Of a stretch of 64,000 nt of DNA, positions 14,063 through 29,412 are shown piece after piece; the stretch's first letter is position 1; the number at the start of each line of letters is the position of its first letter. The position numbers and the translations under genes are program-made. The notes beneath the pieces are model-generated. The model ran no database searches. It had not been told where the DNA came from and saw only the letters and a program-made list of their open reading frames with translations. The stretch comes from Octopus vulgaris (taxonomy: Eukaryota), in assembly GCA_951406725.2 (NCBI GenBank), contig OX597816.1, positions 73,470,001-73,534,000 of the forward strand, written 5' to 3'.

Positions 14063-14591
14063 CGAGGGGCGTTCAATAAGTAATGCCCCTGACCCACTTC
14101 CAATAGTAGTAGAGCAACAAAACTTGGCACAGTTATTAGTCCTTATCTACATAGGAACCACCCAGAATTACGCATTTCTCCCATCGTTTGATGCAGCTCT
14201 GGAGACCGTTTTTGTAGAAGATCCCAGCTTGGTCCTCCAACCACGACGTGACTTCAGAAATCAAGGCTGCATCATCTGGGAAACGCTTTCCTTTCAAAAA
14301 CAACTTCATGGCTGGGAAGAGGTGAAAATCAGAGGGTGCAAGGTCAGGAGAGTAGGGGGTATGGGGGAGGAGTTCATAGCCGCATGCCTGTGCTTCTGAT
14401 CTGGCGACACGCGAGTTGTTGACACTCAACAGGCTCCATTTCACACTTGACTCAGTTCAAACACCTGTCAATCAGAAACCTCAATTAGCTCAGAGTTGTA
14501 ATTTGCCACTGAATCTATTGAGATATAATAATTTCAGCTAGATCAAACAAATGCAAGTGGGTCAGGGGCATTACTTATTGAACGTCCCTCG
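14063..14591 (-). mobile_element. Internally deleted mariner transposon
   Basis: 37-bp TIRs (CGAGGGGCGTTCAATAAGTAATGCCCCTGACCCACTT, 1 mismatch) flanked by TA on both sides. Confidence 0.95.
14136..14400 (-). pseudogene. Mariner transposase C-terminal fragment
   Basis: ORF contains LLPHTPYSPDLAPSDFHLF...RWEKCV, the mariner YSPDLAPxD motif. The N-terminal and central parts are deleted. Confidence 0.92.
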
Positions 14592-14743
14592 TATATGTAT
14601 TCGTTCTTCACTTGTTAATTATTCTTTCTATTTTACGTCTGTTGTATGGAAATCTTTCGTGATACATCCAGTGACCTCTCCAGCGACTCTACATTCCACC
14701 AGCCTCCAGTTCTGTTTAGTCGATATGAGTTGCTGTGTGGTAG

Positions 14744-14900
14744 GGGCACAGGAGTGGCTGTGTGGTAAATAGCTTGCTTACCAACCACATGGTTCCGAGT
14801 TCAGTCCCACTGCGTGACACTTTGGGCAAGTGTCTTCTATTATAGCTTAGGACCAACCAAAGCCTTGTGATGGGATTTGGTTGACGAAAACTAAAAAAAA
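14744..14900 (+). mobile_element. SINE family B 5' half
   Basis: GGCACAGGAGTGGCTGTGTGGTAA...GGTTCCGAGTTCAGTCCCAC head. Confidence 0.8.
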
Positions 14901-15044
14901 GGTTGTTTAAGGAGTATTATCCTCCACGTTGGTTGATCGCTGTATGTATATATATATGTGTGATGAAAAAATGGAAAACTACATGAGTATTGCAGCCACC
15001 CAGAGAAATAGAAACCGCCTTTGGATATTCAAAAGAGCATGTCT

Positions 15045-15260
15045 TTTACCATTTGCTCGTTTCAGTCACTGGACAGCGGCCATGCTGGAGCACCACATTG
15101 AAGGGTTCAGTGGAACATATCGAGCCCTGTAATTATTTCTGTTAAAGCCTAGTACTTATTTTATCGGTGACTTTTTACCGAACCTCTAAGTTGAGAGGAC
15201 GTAAACAAACCAATACTGGTTGTCAAGCGGTGATGGAAGACAAACCACGAACACAAAGAC
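15045..15260 (-). mobile_element. SINE family B 3' half (degraded)
   Basis: GTTTCAGTCA...GCGGCCATGCTGGAGCACC...GGTTGTCAAGCG motifs. Confidence 0.7.
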
Positions 15261-16750
15261 ACACACGCATTGGTACGCACGCAGACACGGAAACACACAC
15301 ACGCGCACACATACACACATGTATTTTTCGAGTAATATCTGTGTTCATAGAATCATGTGGCTATCACAGAAAGCTCCGCTAGCGGACCCAGCTAGCAGAC
15401 CACATAGTAATCTAATACGGAGGAGTATAATGCAGAATTGTATATATTCGAGATCTTGGAGATCTAATCGATGAAATTATTTCATGTAGAATATAGAGAC
15501 CATAAAATGCCAGGAAGTATGAGAGATGAATATATTAATTTAACCACTGATAATCCTTATGGTTACAGTCTTCCTCATGTAGTAATAATTACAGTGTATA
15601 ATAAATTATTTCACATGTCTGCACATGCTACACATTATGCAATACAATTGCACTGATTTGTAAAAATGCAATCGTATTGTATAATGCATAGCATGTCTAT
15701 TTGTGCAGGCGTGTAAAATAATTAATCATACACTGAAATTACTATTTCATGATGAAGGCTGCGAAACAGCCGTAATCATAAGGATATCAAGTGGTTAAAT
15801 AAATATATTGACCTCTCATATCCCCTGACTTTTTACGGTGTATATATATACGACGGATTTTCTTTCTATCAACTCCACTCACAACGCTTTGGTCTGCCCA
15901 GGTCCGGGAGTTATAGCAGGAGACATTTGTCCAGATTACCGCGCATTGGATTTGAACCCAAAAGCACGTTGCTAGGAAACAGATTTCTTAACCACACAGC
16001 CACGCTTTTGCCATACGTGATTGTAAATGGAAGTATGAACAGAAAGTAAAATGATAAATAAATAAATTCATCCTGAAATAAACGAATTTGTAAATTGGTT
16101 AATTAAATTGCGAACAAGAATAAATATATAAAATTAACGAGTAGAATGAAGTATGAAATTAGGAAAATATGAGTTTATAATGGCATAGGTTTAAAGATTT
16201 CAGCGAAATTGGAAAAAGTTATGGATAATTAAGTACGTAAATATATACATATATGAACTAATGAATAAATTGAAATTTGAATGTATGAATTCGTGTGAGA
16301 AGAACCACGTGAGAGATTTGCCATGTTTGCGTGTAAATAAAGGTAGAAAGGCATAAATGAATGATTGAAAAATATGAATGCAAAGATACAATGAAATTAA
16401 TAAATGGAATAAGTTTATAAATGGGGTAAATATTAAGAAAAAGCTAGAAATATTTAGAAAATGCATTTTTGTTATGCAACGAAAATGAATGCAACGTTGA
16501 AGACAGGGTGGTTTGTTTGTGTGTGGGTCTTGACATGACATTTTGGAATGAGGCACGAATCCTTCTAGATAGAAGAAGAAAACCCTACGTATTTCCGTGA
16601 TTAGAGAGACGGTAAGTTACATGTTGATGAAATAAACAGAGAGAAATATGGTGTTGTGAGAAAGATAGAAAGACAAGGTTTATGCAGTTTGATGGATACA
16701 TAGATAAACCATTTGTGTATTATGTATGTACGTATGCATGCACATACGTC

Positions 16751-16814
<64 letters not shown>

Positions 16815-17035
16815 ATTTGTATTTCAAGATGTTTTAATATTACCACGAGAACCAGAACCAGAACTGAGATCAAAAGTGTGAGCTTGAAGCAGCCGTTTTC
16901 GCACGTGTCGTTCAAAAAGGTTTTTAAGCAGAATGACATAAGGATAAACATTTTCATCGACCTTTCATTTCATATTTCATATCAATATTCAGACAAAGGA
17001 TACTTCTGAAGAAAACCAGGCTGGGTTTACCAGCT

Positions 17036-17113
<78 letters not shown>

Positions 17114-17163
17114 GACGGATGGACGGATGGACGGATGGACGGATGGACGAACGGATAGATACA

Positions 17164-17204
<41 letters not shown>

Positions 17205-17644
17205 GACATATAGATATAGATACAAACACATCACTCACGCACACATACTCTCCCATTATTACCTATTTGCATACCTCAAGTACTTAATTGGAGTAATTAC
17301 TGTTTGAGTATTTGTAATTAGAGATCATTATTTACATGTAATAATTCTCTGATGACAAGTAAACGTTTTAAAAAGGGATCGGAAGGCATTGGCAGTTTAT
17401 TATTACAGAGAAATATCTAATTCGTAACTCACTCCCATGTCATTCTTGCTTGCAGCTTTCCTTCATGAGGCGCAGAAATAGTTTTTTCTGGATTTCTTTA
17501 TCTTCATCAAAATTGGCTTTTCCTTATTATTACAAAATTTTCTCTTTTCTGCATCCGCTTTCTCTGTCATCGTTCCATAAATCATGTGCTAGAATCAATT
17601 TAACTGTTTGCAGCCTACCCACAAATTCTTTTATCCTTTTATTC

Positions 17645-17858
17645 TTTTACTTATTTCAGTCATTTGACTGTGGCCATGCTGGAGCACTGCTTTAAATGTC
17701 TTTAGTCGAAGAAATCGACCCCAGGACGACTAATTCTTTGCAAAAGCTAGTACTTATTTTATCGGTTCCTTTTGTCAAACCACTAGTTTACGGGGACATA
17801 AAAACACACCCGCATCGTTGGTCAAGCGATGGCGGGGTGGAGGACAAACACACACACA
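17645..17858 (-). mobile_element. SINE family B 3' half
   Basis: TTTCAGTCATTTGACTGTGGCCATGCTGGAGCAC matches the family B tail. Confidence 0.8.
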
Positions 17859-17865
17859 TAAATAT

Positions 17866-18260
17866 TTAGCGCGCCGGGGGAAATACTTAGCGGTATTTCA
17901 TCTGCTGTTACGTTCTGAGTTCAAATTCCGCCGAGGTTGACTTTGCCTTTCATCCTTTCGGGGTCGATAAATTAAGTACCAGTTACGCACTGGGGTCGAT
18001 GTAATCGACTTAATCCGTCTATCTCTCCTTGTTTGTCCCCTCTGTGTTTAGCCCCTTGTGGGTAGTAAAGAAATAGGTATTTCGTCTGTCGTTACGTTCA
18101 GAGTTCAAATTCCACCGAGGTCGACTTTGCCTTTCAGCCTTTTGGGGTCGATAAATAAAGTACCAGTTTCGCACTGGGGTCGATGTAATCGACTTAATCC
18201 CTTTGTCTGTCCTTGTTTGTCCCCTCTATGTTTAGCCCCTTGTGGGTAGCAAAGAAATAA
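17866..18260 (+). mobile_element. SINE family C, tandemly duplicated body
   Basis: Two ~185-bp direct units (GGTATTTC...GAGTTCAAATTCC...TTTAGCCCCTTGTGGGTAG); the same dimeric layout occurs at 20409-20797. Confidence 0.85.
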
Positions 18261-18714
18261 ATATCTATATATATTCTTTTTTATTCTAGAATCTCTTTGG
18301 CCAAGACTGCTTTGATCTAAACAATAATAACTGCGGGTGATTTTTTTTCTTTTCCATACCAGATGAATTCAAATTATAGTGAAACTAAGCAGAGGGTTTT
18401 TAATCCGGACTGTAAAGTTCCTGACATTTTTGACAAAACTAATCTATTTCTGAACAAAATTAAATGCTGACTTATTAGATTCAGTAAATTTGTTGGTCAT
18501 AGGCGATTGAACCACAATCCAAATTTGGTGGATGGTAGTTATTTGAAACTCTCCTAGTGGTTGGAAGATGGCAACTGACATCGTCCTGGAAACCAGAATC
18601 TACAGGAATATAATTATACAAGTGTTGGATGGGGCATATATACGTAAGCATGTACGCATGTACATATGTGTGTATATGTATCAATCTATGTATACATATA
18701 TGTTTATAAATGCG

Positions 18715-18770
<56 letters not shown>

Positions 18771-18797
18771 ATACATACATATATATATACATAAACA

Positions 18798-18831
<34 letters not shown>

Positions 18832-19169
18832 TACAAACACACACATATATATATATGTATGTATGTATGTAGGTATGTATGTATGAATGTATGTATGTAT
18901 GTATGTATGTATGTATTACCTGTCATTGTGGTTTTGTAACAAGCAGCAAAGCAGGCCTTGCCGTTCACTAATGATCCACAAGCACTAAAGCAAATTGTGT
19001 CCTCGACTTCTTTCATTTGCCAAAAAGCTTTGCGAGGCACCAGCAGGCCTCAAGAGACACATTCATGTCCATAGAACATGATTAACGCTTTATTTCACTG
19101 AACCTTCATTTGTCGTTCACGACAAGAGAGTCCATCCAATTTATAGGCGAAATCATATGTGTATACATA

Positions 19170-19960
19170 CGAGATGCGTTCAAAAAATATCTCACTTAAT
19201 GTTTCCTCGCCAAAACAAATACTGGGTAGGCAAAATCCTTTAGGCATACGCGAAAATTTTTGCAGCGGTATGCCTCGTAATTCCCATCTTATATGCTAAG
19301 AGTAAAGACGGGTAGTGCACGCACGTCAGATTTTCGTGTAACCGAACGTATCAAGCAGGGATATTGAATCAAGTTTTGCGAAAAGCATGGTAATACTTAA
19401 GTTCAAACCATCCAGAAGATTCATTAGGCCTCTGGGATGATGTTACGGGCAAAACACAGCTCAAGGTGTGGCACAGCCATCCAGGCAGACGATCCACAAG
19501 CCGAAGCAAGGAACCGATTGAGAAGGTTCGGTGAATAGTCATGGAAGGCTGTCGTGCGACAATCCAGGAAATTGTATTCAAAGTGGGTCAGCGCATTCCA
19601 TTTTAATGGAGGAGTTGGCCATGCGGAGAGTGTCGGTAAAATTGTCCCCAAGGCGCTGGCAGAACAGCAGGAGGAACTCTGCATGGAAATGGTTCAGAAC
19701 ATATTGGGCTGTACAAACTAGTTTATGAAGACTATCACTGCTAACGGAACATGGGTTTATTGTCTCTGATCGACACGTTCGGCAATCTTGTGTCAAAACG
19801 AAAATCCGATGATGAGTCGGGACTGACGCGGCCTACCAGCGCCAAAATTTTCCTGTATGCACAGGAGAAGTGGTATTACCTTCCACCCAAACGGTTTTGT
19901 CCACGCGGTATTAGTTACCGCGGTAAAAAATGAAGTCTGATAATTATTGAACGTACCTCG
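19170..19960 (+). mobile_element. Degenerate mariner element
   Basis: TA-CGAGATGCGTTCAAAAAATATC ... GATAATTATTGAACGTACCTCG-TA imperfect TIRs. Broken transposase peptides Y*IKFCEKHG, SAHSILMEELAMRRVSVK and ITANGTWVY. Confidence 0.85.
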
Positions 19961-20319
19961 TATGTGTGTGTGTGTTAATGTGTGTGTGTGTTAATGTGTG
20001 TGTGTATTCATGTATATTTATACATACTTATATATACGTACATACAGCTATATATGAATATATATACACATATATGACAGAATCATTCCGTAGCTTGTCG
20101 CGAAGCGTGTAATATAAAACTGCACGGAACGTTTATATATGCCTAAAACAGGGCCTTATAAGGAAAAACTTCGCCAAAGTGCTCAATATGAAATAAATTT
20201 CATAGGAACATATACGCTTGGGAAAAAGAGACGTATATATTCCATACAGTACATTTTGATTAGCCTTAGAGAAAACTTTAACCAAATTTGTCATATAAAT
20301 TATTATTATTATTATTATC

Positions 20320-20375
<56 letters not shown>

Positions 20376-20408
20376 CATTATTGTTATTATTATTATCATT
20401 ATTATTAG

Positions 20409-20797
20409 GGCGGCGAGCTGGCAGAATTGTTAGAACGCCGGGTGAAATGATTAGCGGTATTTCATCTGCTGCTACGTTCTGAGTTCAAATGACTCGACTT
20501 TGCCTTTCATCCTTTCAGGGTCGATTAAATGAGAACATTTTACGCACTGGGGTCGATATAATCGACTTAATCCATGTGTCTGTCCTTGTTTGTCGTCTCT
20601 GTGTTTAGCCCCTTGTGGGTAGTAAGAAATAGGTATTTCATCTGTCACTACGTTCTGAGTTCAAATTCCACCGAGGTTGACTTTGCCTTTCATCCTCTCG
20701 TTGTCGATAAATAAGTACCAGCTGCGTACAGGGGTCGATGAAATCGACTTAGCCCCTCACCATGGAATTGGTGGCCATGTGCCACAATTTGAAACCA
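20409..20797 (+). mobile_element. SINE family C (dimeric) embedded in (ATT)n
   Basis: GGCGGCGAGCTGGCAGAATTGTTAG head; (ATT)n on both sides. Confidence 0.85.
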
Positions 20798-20826
20798 TTA
20801 TTATTATTATAATTATTATTATTATA

Positions 20827-20865
<39 letters not shown>

Positions 20866-20866
20866 T

Positions 20867-21064
20867 TGACTTTTGTTTGACTTTTGTTTTATATTTGTAC
20901 AAGTTGGCTCCAAGTCTCACCCAGAGACAACAGGTTGGAAGTTCATGTTGTTATACCTAGATGCCATATATGTGGGGGGTTTTTTGGTGTTGTACTAGTG
21001 AAGGTAAAAAAAAAAAATTATGTTTGTTTTAAACCCTGAGATTACATAGAAAGTATTTTGCGTA

Positions 21065-21066
<2 letters not shown>
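20867..21066 (-). mobile_element. R4/Dong-type LINE 3' tip in (TAA)n
   Basis: Minus strand starts in (TAA)n, encodes LRKILSM-stop (like the LRRTLSIQ-stop end at ~25690), then a 3' UTR ending in (TAA)n. Confidence 0.6.
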
Positions 21067-21140
<74 letters not shown>

Positions 21141-21295
21141 GAGTAGAGTGGAAAAAATGGAAAATGCTAATTTCAGTCACAATACACACTCAGAGAAAAT
21201 ACATATGTATGCATATACGCATAGGTACGGGTTAGACACGTGAATACACAGACATACGACAAGCAAGTATAAATAGAGACAGACAGACTGGCAGG

Positions 21296-21345
<50 letters not shown>

Positions 21346-22184
21346 CATACATACATACATACATACATACATACATACATACATACATACATAGATACAT
21401 ACATACATACATACAAACATACATACATACATGTAAAATACTTCTGTGCATGAAGGTTTGTATGTATGCGTGTACTTACATAATTCATACGTACAAACAT
21501 ATTCTAAAATACAGACAAACACACATACAAACAAATATAAACACATAAATATGTGTACACACACACACATACGAACGTGTATTCATATGCACGTTCAAAG
21601 TAATACATACATACATACATACATACATACATACATACATACAAGCAAAAGTACATACATACATACATACATACATACATACATACATACATACATACAT
21701 ACATGCATGCATGCATACGCCATTCACATTACAGGTAGACAACATATGGCGATAGAGAATGTCTGTTGTTAATGGGAGTGTGTCGTAGCTTATATCTAAA
21801 GGTTAGCTAGACAGGATATGACAAGGGTGCCAACACAATACAATAATAATAATAATATAAACCTCACTAGCCACATTGCTTTCTGTTCGATTGATTATAG
21901 GTTATTACTTTTTTTATGCGTAACCTATCTATCGATTGAGCATTTTCATTCAATTCATATTTCGCCTGTTGTTGAGCATTTTTTTTTTTTACGATTATTA
22001 TTATTGTTATTACAGGGGTATTGTTTTTGTTTGTTTGTTTGTTTGAATTTTTTTTGTGTCAATGCATTTGTGATTTCGTTTAATTTATTTAGATACTTAT
22101 GCGTTATTTATTGTTTCGCTTTTGTTTTATGTGTTTTTTTTTATATGTATACATATATAAAAACATTCTGCTATGAATACATAC

Positions 22185-22302
<118 letters not shown>

Positions 22303-22462
22303 GTGTGTGTATATGTGTACATATATATATATATATAACGCCCAATTTATAAGGATGACTACATAAATTCTGCGAAAACATACAATCTACAATAGCAACG
22401 AATGTAATATGTATACATGAATAATGAACATCCCATATATACATACTTGTATATATATATAC

Positions 22463-22493
<31 letters not shown>

Positions 22494-22843
22494 TATATAC
22501 ATATATATATACATACACACACATATATATATATATGTATGTATATGTGTATGCATGTATGTATGCATGCATGTTTGTATGTATGTATGCATGCATTATG
22601 TATACATGTATTATGCATGCAAGATTGTATATACACACATTGCATCAAATATACATGTATGTTTCACAGCTCGCAATTGCACGATTCCTGCAGAAAAGGC
22701 AAAGCAAAATGAAAGTAATCCTCTGCAATCGCACATGCCGCTCAGACGCATCTTGACATATGCATAAACACATGTTACTTCTCACAGACGTGCGCTTTTA
22801 AACATATATATATGTGCACCCAATAGATATAAATACATGTATG

Positions 22844-22905
<62 letters not shown>

Positions 22906-22918
22906 TAGATAGATAGAT

Positions 22919-23205
22919 ACATAATACAAAATGGGACAAGAACGCAAAACATTCAAATAGACGATACAAAAAACACGGACGGGTCATTCGAAGCCTCTAA
23001 TCTTCAGTCAAGAACCGGATCATCCTCGCAATTTCGGGTGATTAATCTTGAGATTGCTCCAATCTGGCCAGCCCCAAGGAAAAACTTAGCTACGAGCATT
23101 AGATTTCTTGAAAAAAGGATCGAATGTATACGAAACAAGAACAGAAAAACGGACGATGTTACACGAATATAAATACGCAAACAAAAAACAAACAAAACAA
23201 ATATA
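22919..23205 (-). mobile_element. PLE-like terminal-repeat module between TA/TAGA runs
   Basis: Homologous to 6560-6764 and bounded by microsatellites. Confidence 0.55.
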
Positions 23206-23242
23206 TTTATATATACATACATATATATACATATATACATAG

Positions 23243-23291
<49 letters not shown>

Positions 23292-23371
23292 TATATGTAT
23301 GTATGCATGTATGTATGTGTATATTTATATATATATACATATATATATATGTGTATGTGTGTGTGCGTATT

Positions 23372-23728
23372 CTTTTATTTGTTTCAGTCATTTGTCTGCG
23401 GCCATGGTGGACTTATGCTTTGTAAACCTAGCCTGTCCGTGTCTTTGACCGAACCGCGAGTTACGGGGGGACGGAAACAAACCAACATCGGTTGTGAAGC
23501 GATAGTGGGCGGACAAACACAGACGCACAAATATATACATATATACATACATATATATATATATATGTATGTATATATGTATGTATTTGTGCATACATAC
23601 ATACATATGTATGTATATATGTATGTATTTGTACATAAATACATACATACATGCATACATTCATATATTACATACGCCCCAGCATGGCCACAGCTCAAGA
23701 GCTGAAACTGGAAAACATAAACATAAGC

Positions 23729-23789
<61 letters not shown>

Positions 23790-23900
23790 GACAGGATTCT
23801 TTCAGTTTCCATCTGCCAAATCCACTCACAAAGCTTTGATCGGCACGAAGCTATAATCGAAGACAGTAGCCCAAGTTGCCACGCAATGGGACTGAACCCA
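23372..23900 (-). mobile_element. SINE family B split by microsatellite expansion
   Basis: Tail at 23372-23530 and head-side piece at 23788-23900, separated by TA/TATG repeats. Confidence 0.7.
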
Positions 23901-24069
23901 GATTTATGTACGTATATATATATATATATATATATATAACTTTCATAGTTATACCGTTAAATCTAAGGAAATCAAGAAGGAAATGTAGTAAAAAAAATGG
24001 GGACAAAGAAAAACAAAATGAAGGGAATTCGGTGATGTGATGGAACAAATCACGCATGCGTGCACACAT

Positions 24070-24159
<90 letters not shown>

Positions 24160-24224
24160 ATATTTATATTTATATGCACAGTAGAGAGAAATCGCAATAA
24201 ATTAGCTAAGTAAATATTGATAAC

Positions 24225-24712
24225 AAATTTTGGCACAAAGCCAGTTAATTCGGGGCAGGGCATAAGTTGGTTACATCTTCGCCAGTGTTCAACTGGCACT
24301 TCTTTTATCAACCCCGAAAGGATGACAGGTAAAGTCAACATCGGCAGAATTTGAAATCAGAATGTGAAAGCGGAGGAAATGCTGCTAAGCGTTTTATCCG
24401 GTGCGATAGCGATTCTGCTGTACATGTTAAAAGACACCATAAAAATATCTAATGAATATTGTCGTTGATATTGAGAAATAAAAATAACAATAATAATCCA
24501 TCCTGCTATAGGGACAAGGTTTGAAATTTGAGTGAGGGGAGAGCCTGTCTATTACATAGACCCCAAGACTTGACTGGTACTTATTTCATCGAGCTTGAAC
24601 TGATGAAAAATAAAGTCGACCTCGGCGGAATGTGAACTCGGAACGTAGGGTCAAACGAAATGTCGCTATGCATTTCGCCCGGCGTGCTAACGATTCTTCC
24701 AGCTCACCACCT
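24225..24712 (-). mobile_element. Two SINE family C copies
   Basis: AAAGTC(A/G)AC..CGGC(A/G)GAAT motifs at ~24330 and ~24612; the second head ends at 24712. Confidence 0.7.
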
Positions 24713-24722
24713 TAATAATAAC

Positions 24723-25325
<603 letters not shown>

Positions 25326-25421
25326 TATCTGTACATAGAATTTGTACTTAGAACGTAAAGATAGACGAAATGCCGCTATGCATTTTGTCCGGCGTGCTAA
25401 CGATCATGCCATCTCGCCACC

Positions 25422-25493
<72 letters not shown>

Positions 25494-25788
25494 GACCTGG
25501 AAATAGAGGTAACCAGAATGTGAAATCTGAAAACAGAAACAATTCCTATCATAGTAGGTGCATTAGGCATGATAAAAAAATATTCAGACAAATACATAAC
25601 AAAAACACCAGGACTTACAAACACATATAACATACAGAAAATTGCACTACTAGGCACTGCACACATCCTACGCAGAACACTTTCCATACAATAACCATCA
25701 GAGCATCACAACAAATCACAGCACATACCTAAGGCACACAGAGCTGCGCTCGGTAGTGAAGTGAAAGCACGCTATAAAAATAAAACTA

Positions 25789-25791
<3 letters not shown>
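25494..25791 (+). mobile_element. 5'-truncated R4/Dong-type non-LTR retrotransposon in (TAA)n
   Basis: Frame from 25494 reads DLEIEVTRM*NLKTETIPIIVGALGMIKK...IQKIALLGTAHILRRTLSIQ*, a typical C-terminus after the restriction-like endonuclease. (TAA)n lies on both sides. Confidence 0.85.
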
Positions 25792-25862
<71 letters not shown>

Positions 25863-25932
25863 TAATAATAATAATAATAAGAAGAAGAAGAAGAAGAAGA
25901 AGAAGGAGGAGGAGGAGGAGGAGGAGAAGAGA

Positions 25933-25978
<46 letters not shown>

Positions 25979-26221
25979 AGAAGAAGAAGAAGAAGAAGAA
26001 GAAGAAAAAGAAGAAGAAGAAGAACCAGGTTCTTATAAACTGTTATATCAATCAGTCAAATTAGTTCACTAACACCCAACTCATTTGCCTAATTTTTTTT
26101 CAATACTTACGATGATTGAAAGATGTAATTGAATGGATTAATTAGGCATGGTGGTGTGGATAAGACGCTCGTTTTAAAGCGCGAATTGTGGAGTTCAGTT
26201 CAATGCCTTCAGAGTGAATTA

Positions 26222-26278
<57 letters not shown>

Positions 26279-26518
26279 TGCGTGCATGCGTGCGTATTTA
26301 TCTTTTACTTGTTTTCCTCATTGAACTGCAGCCATGCTGGGAACCGCCTGTAAGGATTTAGTCGAACAAATCGGCTTTCATCCTACTTATTCAATCGGTC
26401 TCTTTTTTATCAAACTGCTATGTTATGGGTATTTAAATAAACCGACACCGGAGGCAGGGGACAAACATAGACACAGTCATAAACACAAAGAGAAACACAT
26501 ACATATACATACATAATG

Positions 26519-26585
<67 letters not shown>

Positions 26586-27924
26586 TATCGAACAGTGAGA
26601 ACGAGTCCTCAACACCGCAATGGTGATTAATTATTCTTTATTTGTGGATATCAAGGTGACTACCTTATTTCATCCTGCAATGAGTTCTTCAGTGACAGAT
26701 ATCTAACAGCGGTATCACATCTTTCTTTGATGATTATACCATGGTGTAATCATCAATTAAAGCTGTGATTTTCTGCATCCACGTGGTGGGAAAGCAAGCT
26801 TCTTACCACATCTATGTATGTATGTATGTATGTATGTATGTATGTATGTATGTATGTATGTATGTATGTATGTATGTATGTATATACACATACACATATA
26901 TATAGGTATGCATGTTTGTGTCTGTGTATATGTTTTTGTGCTATTGTCCTCTTCCATTGCTTGACAACCGGTGTTGCCTTGTTTATGTCCGCGAAACTTA
27001 GTGGCTCGGCCGAACGACTGATACCATAAGAACCAAGCTTAAAGAATAAGTATTGGCGTCAGTCTGTTCGACCAAAACCATTCACAGTGATGCTCCGGCA
27101 TGGCCGTGGTTCACTGACCGAAAAAGTTTAAAGATAAAATATGTAACTTAGTAATTATACAATTCGCATTGCAACTTTTTTTAAACTCTAAACACTGCTT
27201 ACAGATTAATCGTTGCGGGAGAAGTGAGATGCTTTCAGGTAAGATTTGGCTGCTATTTCTACCATAACCGATCGACCGCGTATAACCCTGCTTCGTTGCT
27301 CTACTTTTAGTAACCTCTCTTATAGTACTTTGTTTGTAAGTCATTATGATGAATAAAAAAATGATTTTAAAAAAAACAAAAAAGGAGAGAGAAGAGAGAG
27401 AAGGAGAGCGAGAGAGAACTCAAACACAACAAACAAGCAGATAAAAAGTAAGAAATACTGACCACTGGACCTGTTGGGAAATTGCTGTCCCAACATCATT
27501 GCTTAAGTTGTCAAAGCAATTATTCAAATTGTCGCTCGTTCTTGTCGTTCGTTTCAATAGACTTATGTTTCTTATTATTGTTGTTATTATTATTATTGTT
27601 GTTGTTGTTGTTGTTGTTGTTGTCATTATTTTTGCTATTGTTGTTACTGTCGTTGCTGTGGTTTTGTCATCCAGTGATGTATGTCTTCGAGATATAATAT
27701 GTCAACAAAGGAAAGAAAAGTTACAATAAGGGATGAAAATGGCGATAACGAGTGGATAAAGACAAAAAAAAAAACAAACAAAAAAAACAGACAACAAAAA
27801 GGAGACAAAAAGCAATGGAGATTAAAAGTTGTTATTTGTTGTTCAGGGTACGACGGAGTTACCAAGCAAATACCGTAAAAGGCTCAATAGATATTTGTGT
27901 TTACAATATATCGAGTTGTTGTTG

Positions 27925-27956
<32 letters not shown>

Positions 27957-28208
27957 GGTGGTGGTGGTGGTGGTGGTGGTGGTGGGAGAGGGTGTTGGTC
28001 GTGACGGTGATGGCAAATCGAATACGGTCGACTCATGTCAATCAGACGTAAACTTTGGGAATTAGGAAATAAACACAATTATATATAAATTCACATACAC
28101 ACACACAACACACACACACACAACACACATACACACAACACACACACACACACACACACACAATACACTCACACAATACACACACACGCACACACATAAG
28201 GCTTTGCA

Positions 28209-29412
28209 TTAGGTTAGAAAGAAAGACCTGTCGCATTTTTGACATGATCATTTTCAGGGTAGTTTTCAATACCCGGTAAGATAAGCATCGATTTTTACAT
28301 TCTAATTTTTGTCTTCTTTCTTTGCAGCTTACTTTCTACTGAAGTGGTGAAAATTCTTAGCGATTCTACTCTTGTGAAATGAGTTTAGATCCGACCCATA
28401 CCAGACGCTGCATGTTCCATGAATTCAAAAGGAGCGTCCTTCAGCAATGGAAACGCCAAGAAATATCCGTTCCGTCTAGGAGAATGCAGCTTTAAGTATC
28501 CGAACATACCAACGGTGGATTAGTCAGCTTCACTCGGGAAATCATTCTCTCGTAGATTTCCCTACATCCGGACGACAAAGTGTTGTCAATATTAAAGTCT
28601 CTGAAAATAGTTGAGCAGAATTCAAAGCAAACCGCATGGAAATTAGCGAAACGGTCAACGAAACTAATTAGCGAAAATTAGCGAAACAAGTAACACTCCG
28701 ATTGTAAAACAACTTAATGGAAATTGAGTAGACTTGGTTAGTGGGGGTCTCATTATCTGACTCCTTCTCGGCTTAATTAAAGCGTTGCCCTCTGTTCAGC
28801 ATTGAAGGGTAGTTTCGTTACTCAATCTTTCCTGGGTAGAATTACCACAAGTGATGAAAAATGGTTTCTCTATAACTACATCCTGTGAAAACGACAATGG
28901 TCGGCAGCCAATGAAAAAGAAGAATCCACTCCAAACTCGAAAAAGTTCCGCTCATTACGCTCTGTGTTTGGCAGGACATGAAGCTGTCTACCATGAAGTA
29001 TCAAGCCAAAACGAAACAGTTAATGTGTGAAAGTGTTGTCGACAAAATGGAGGAGTTGCACAAAACTTTGATGGAAAAGCAGCCATGTTACACGACAATG
29101 CAATACTACATGTTGCCCAGGTCATTCAGAAAATATTATTGTATCAGATATGGAAGTTTTGCCTCATCTTCTTTACTCTCCTGACCTTGTCCCATCTGTC
29201 ATCTTTTGTTTTAATTGGGAAATCATTAAAATTATATAGTTTCTTTACAACAAAACACTGAACAATTTTACGCCTGAGGTATCAACAGATGGGATTCTGT
29301 TATCAATAATGATGAAAAATATTATCATGATTAAATATATCAATTAAAACCAAAGGAGTATTTGGTTCTTTTCAATGTTGAAATGCGACTGTAATTTTGT
29401 TTTCCCACCTAA
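28209..29412 (+). mobile_element. Old mariner pseudo-element
   Basis: Degraded TIRs TTAGGTTAGAAAG...GTCGCATT / AATGCGAC...CCCACCTAA. Peptides ALSIRTYQRW, FLGRITTSDEKWFLYN (~28829) and LPHLLYSPDLVPS (~29159). Confidence 0.85.

Noticed and set aside
15748-15777. ATGATGA-A-GGCTG-CGAAA-CAGCC-GTAA hammerhead-like word; similar weak words at ~9969, ~38868 and ~61068
   Set aside because: Stem II-like pairing is present in some, but core bases and stem I are missing. Possibly fossils, not supportable individually.
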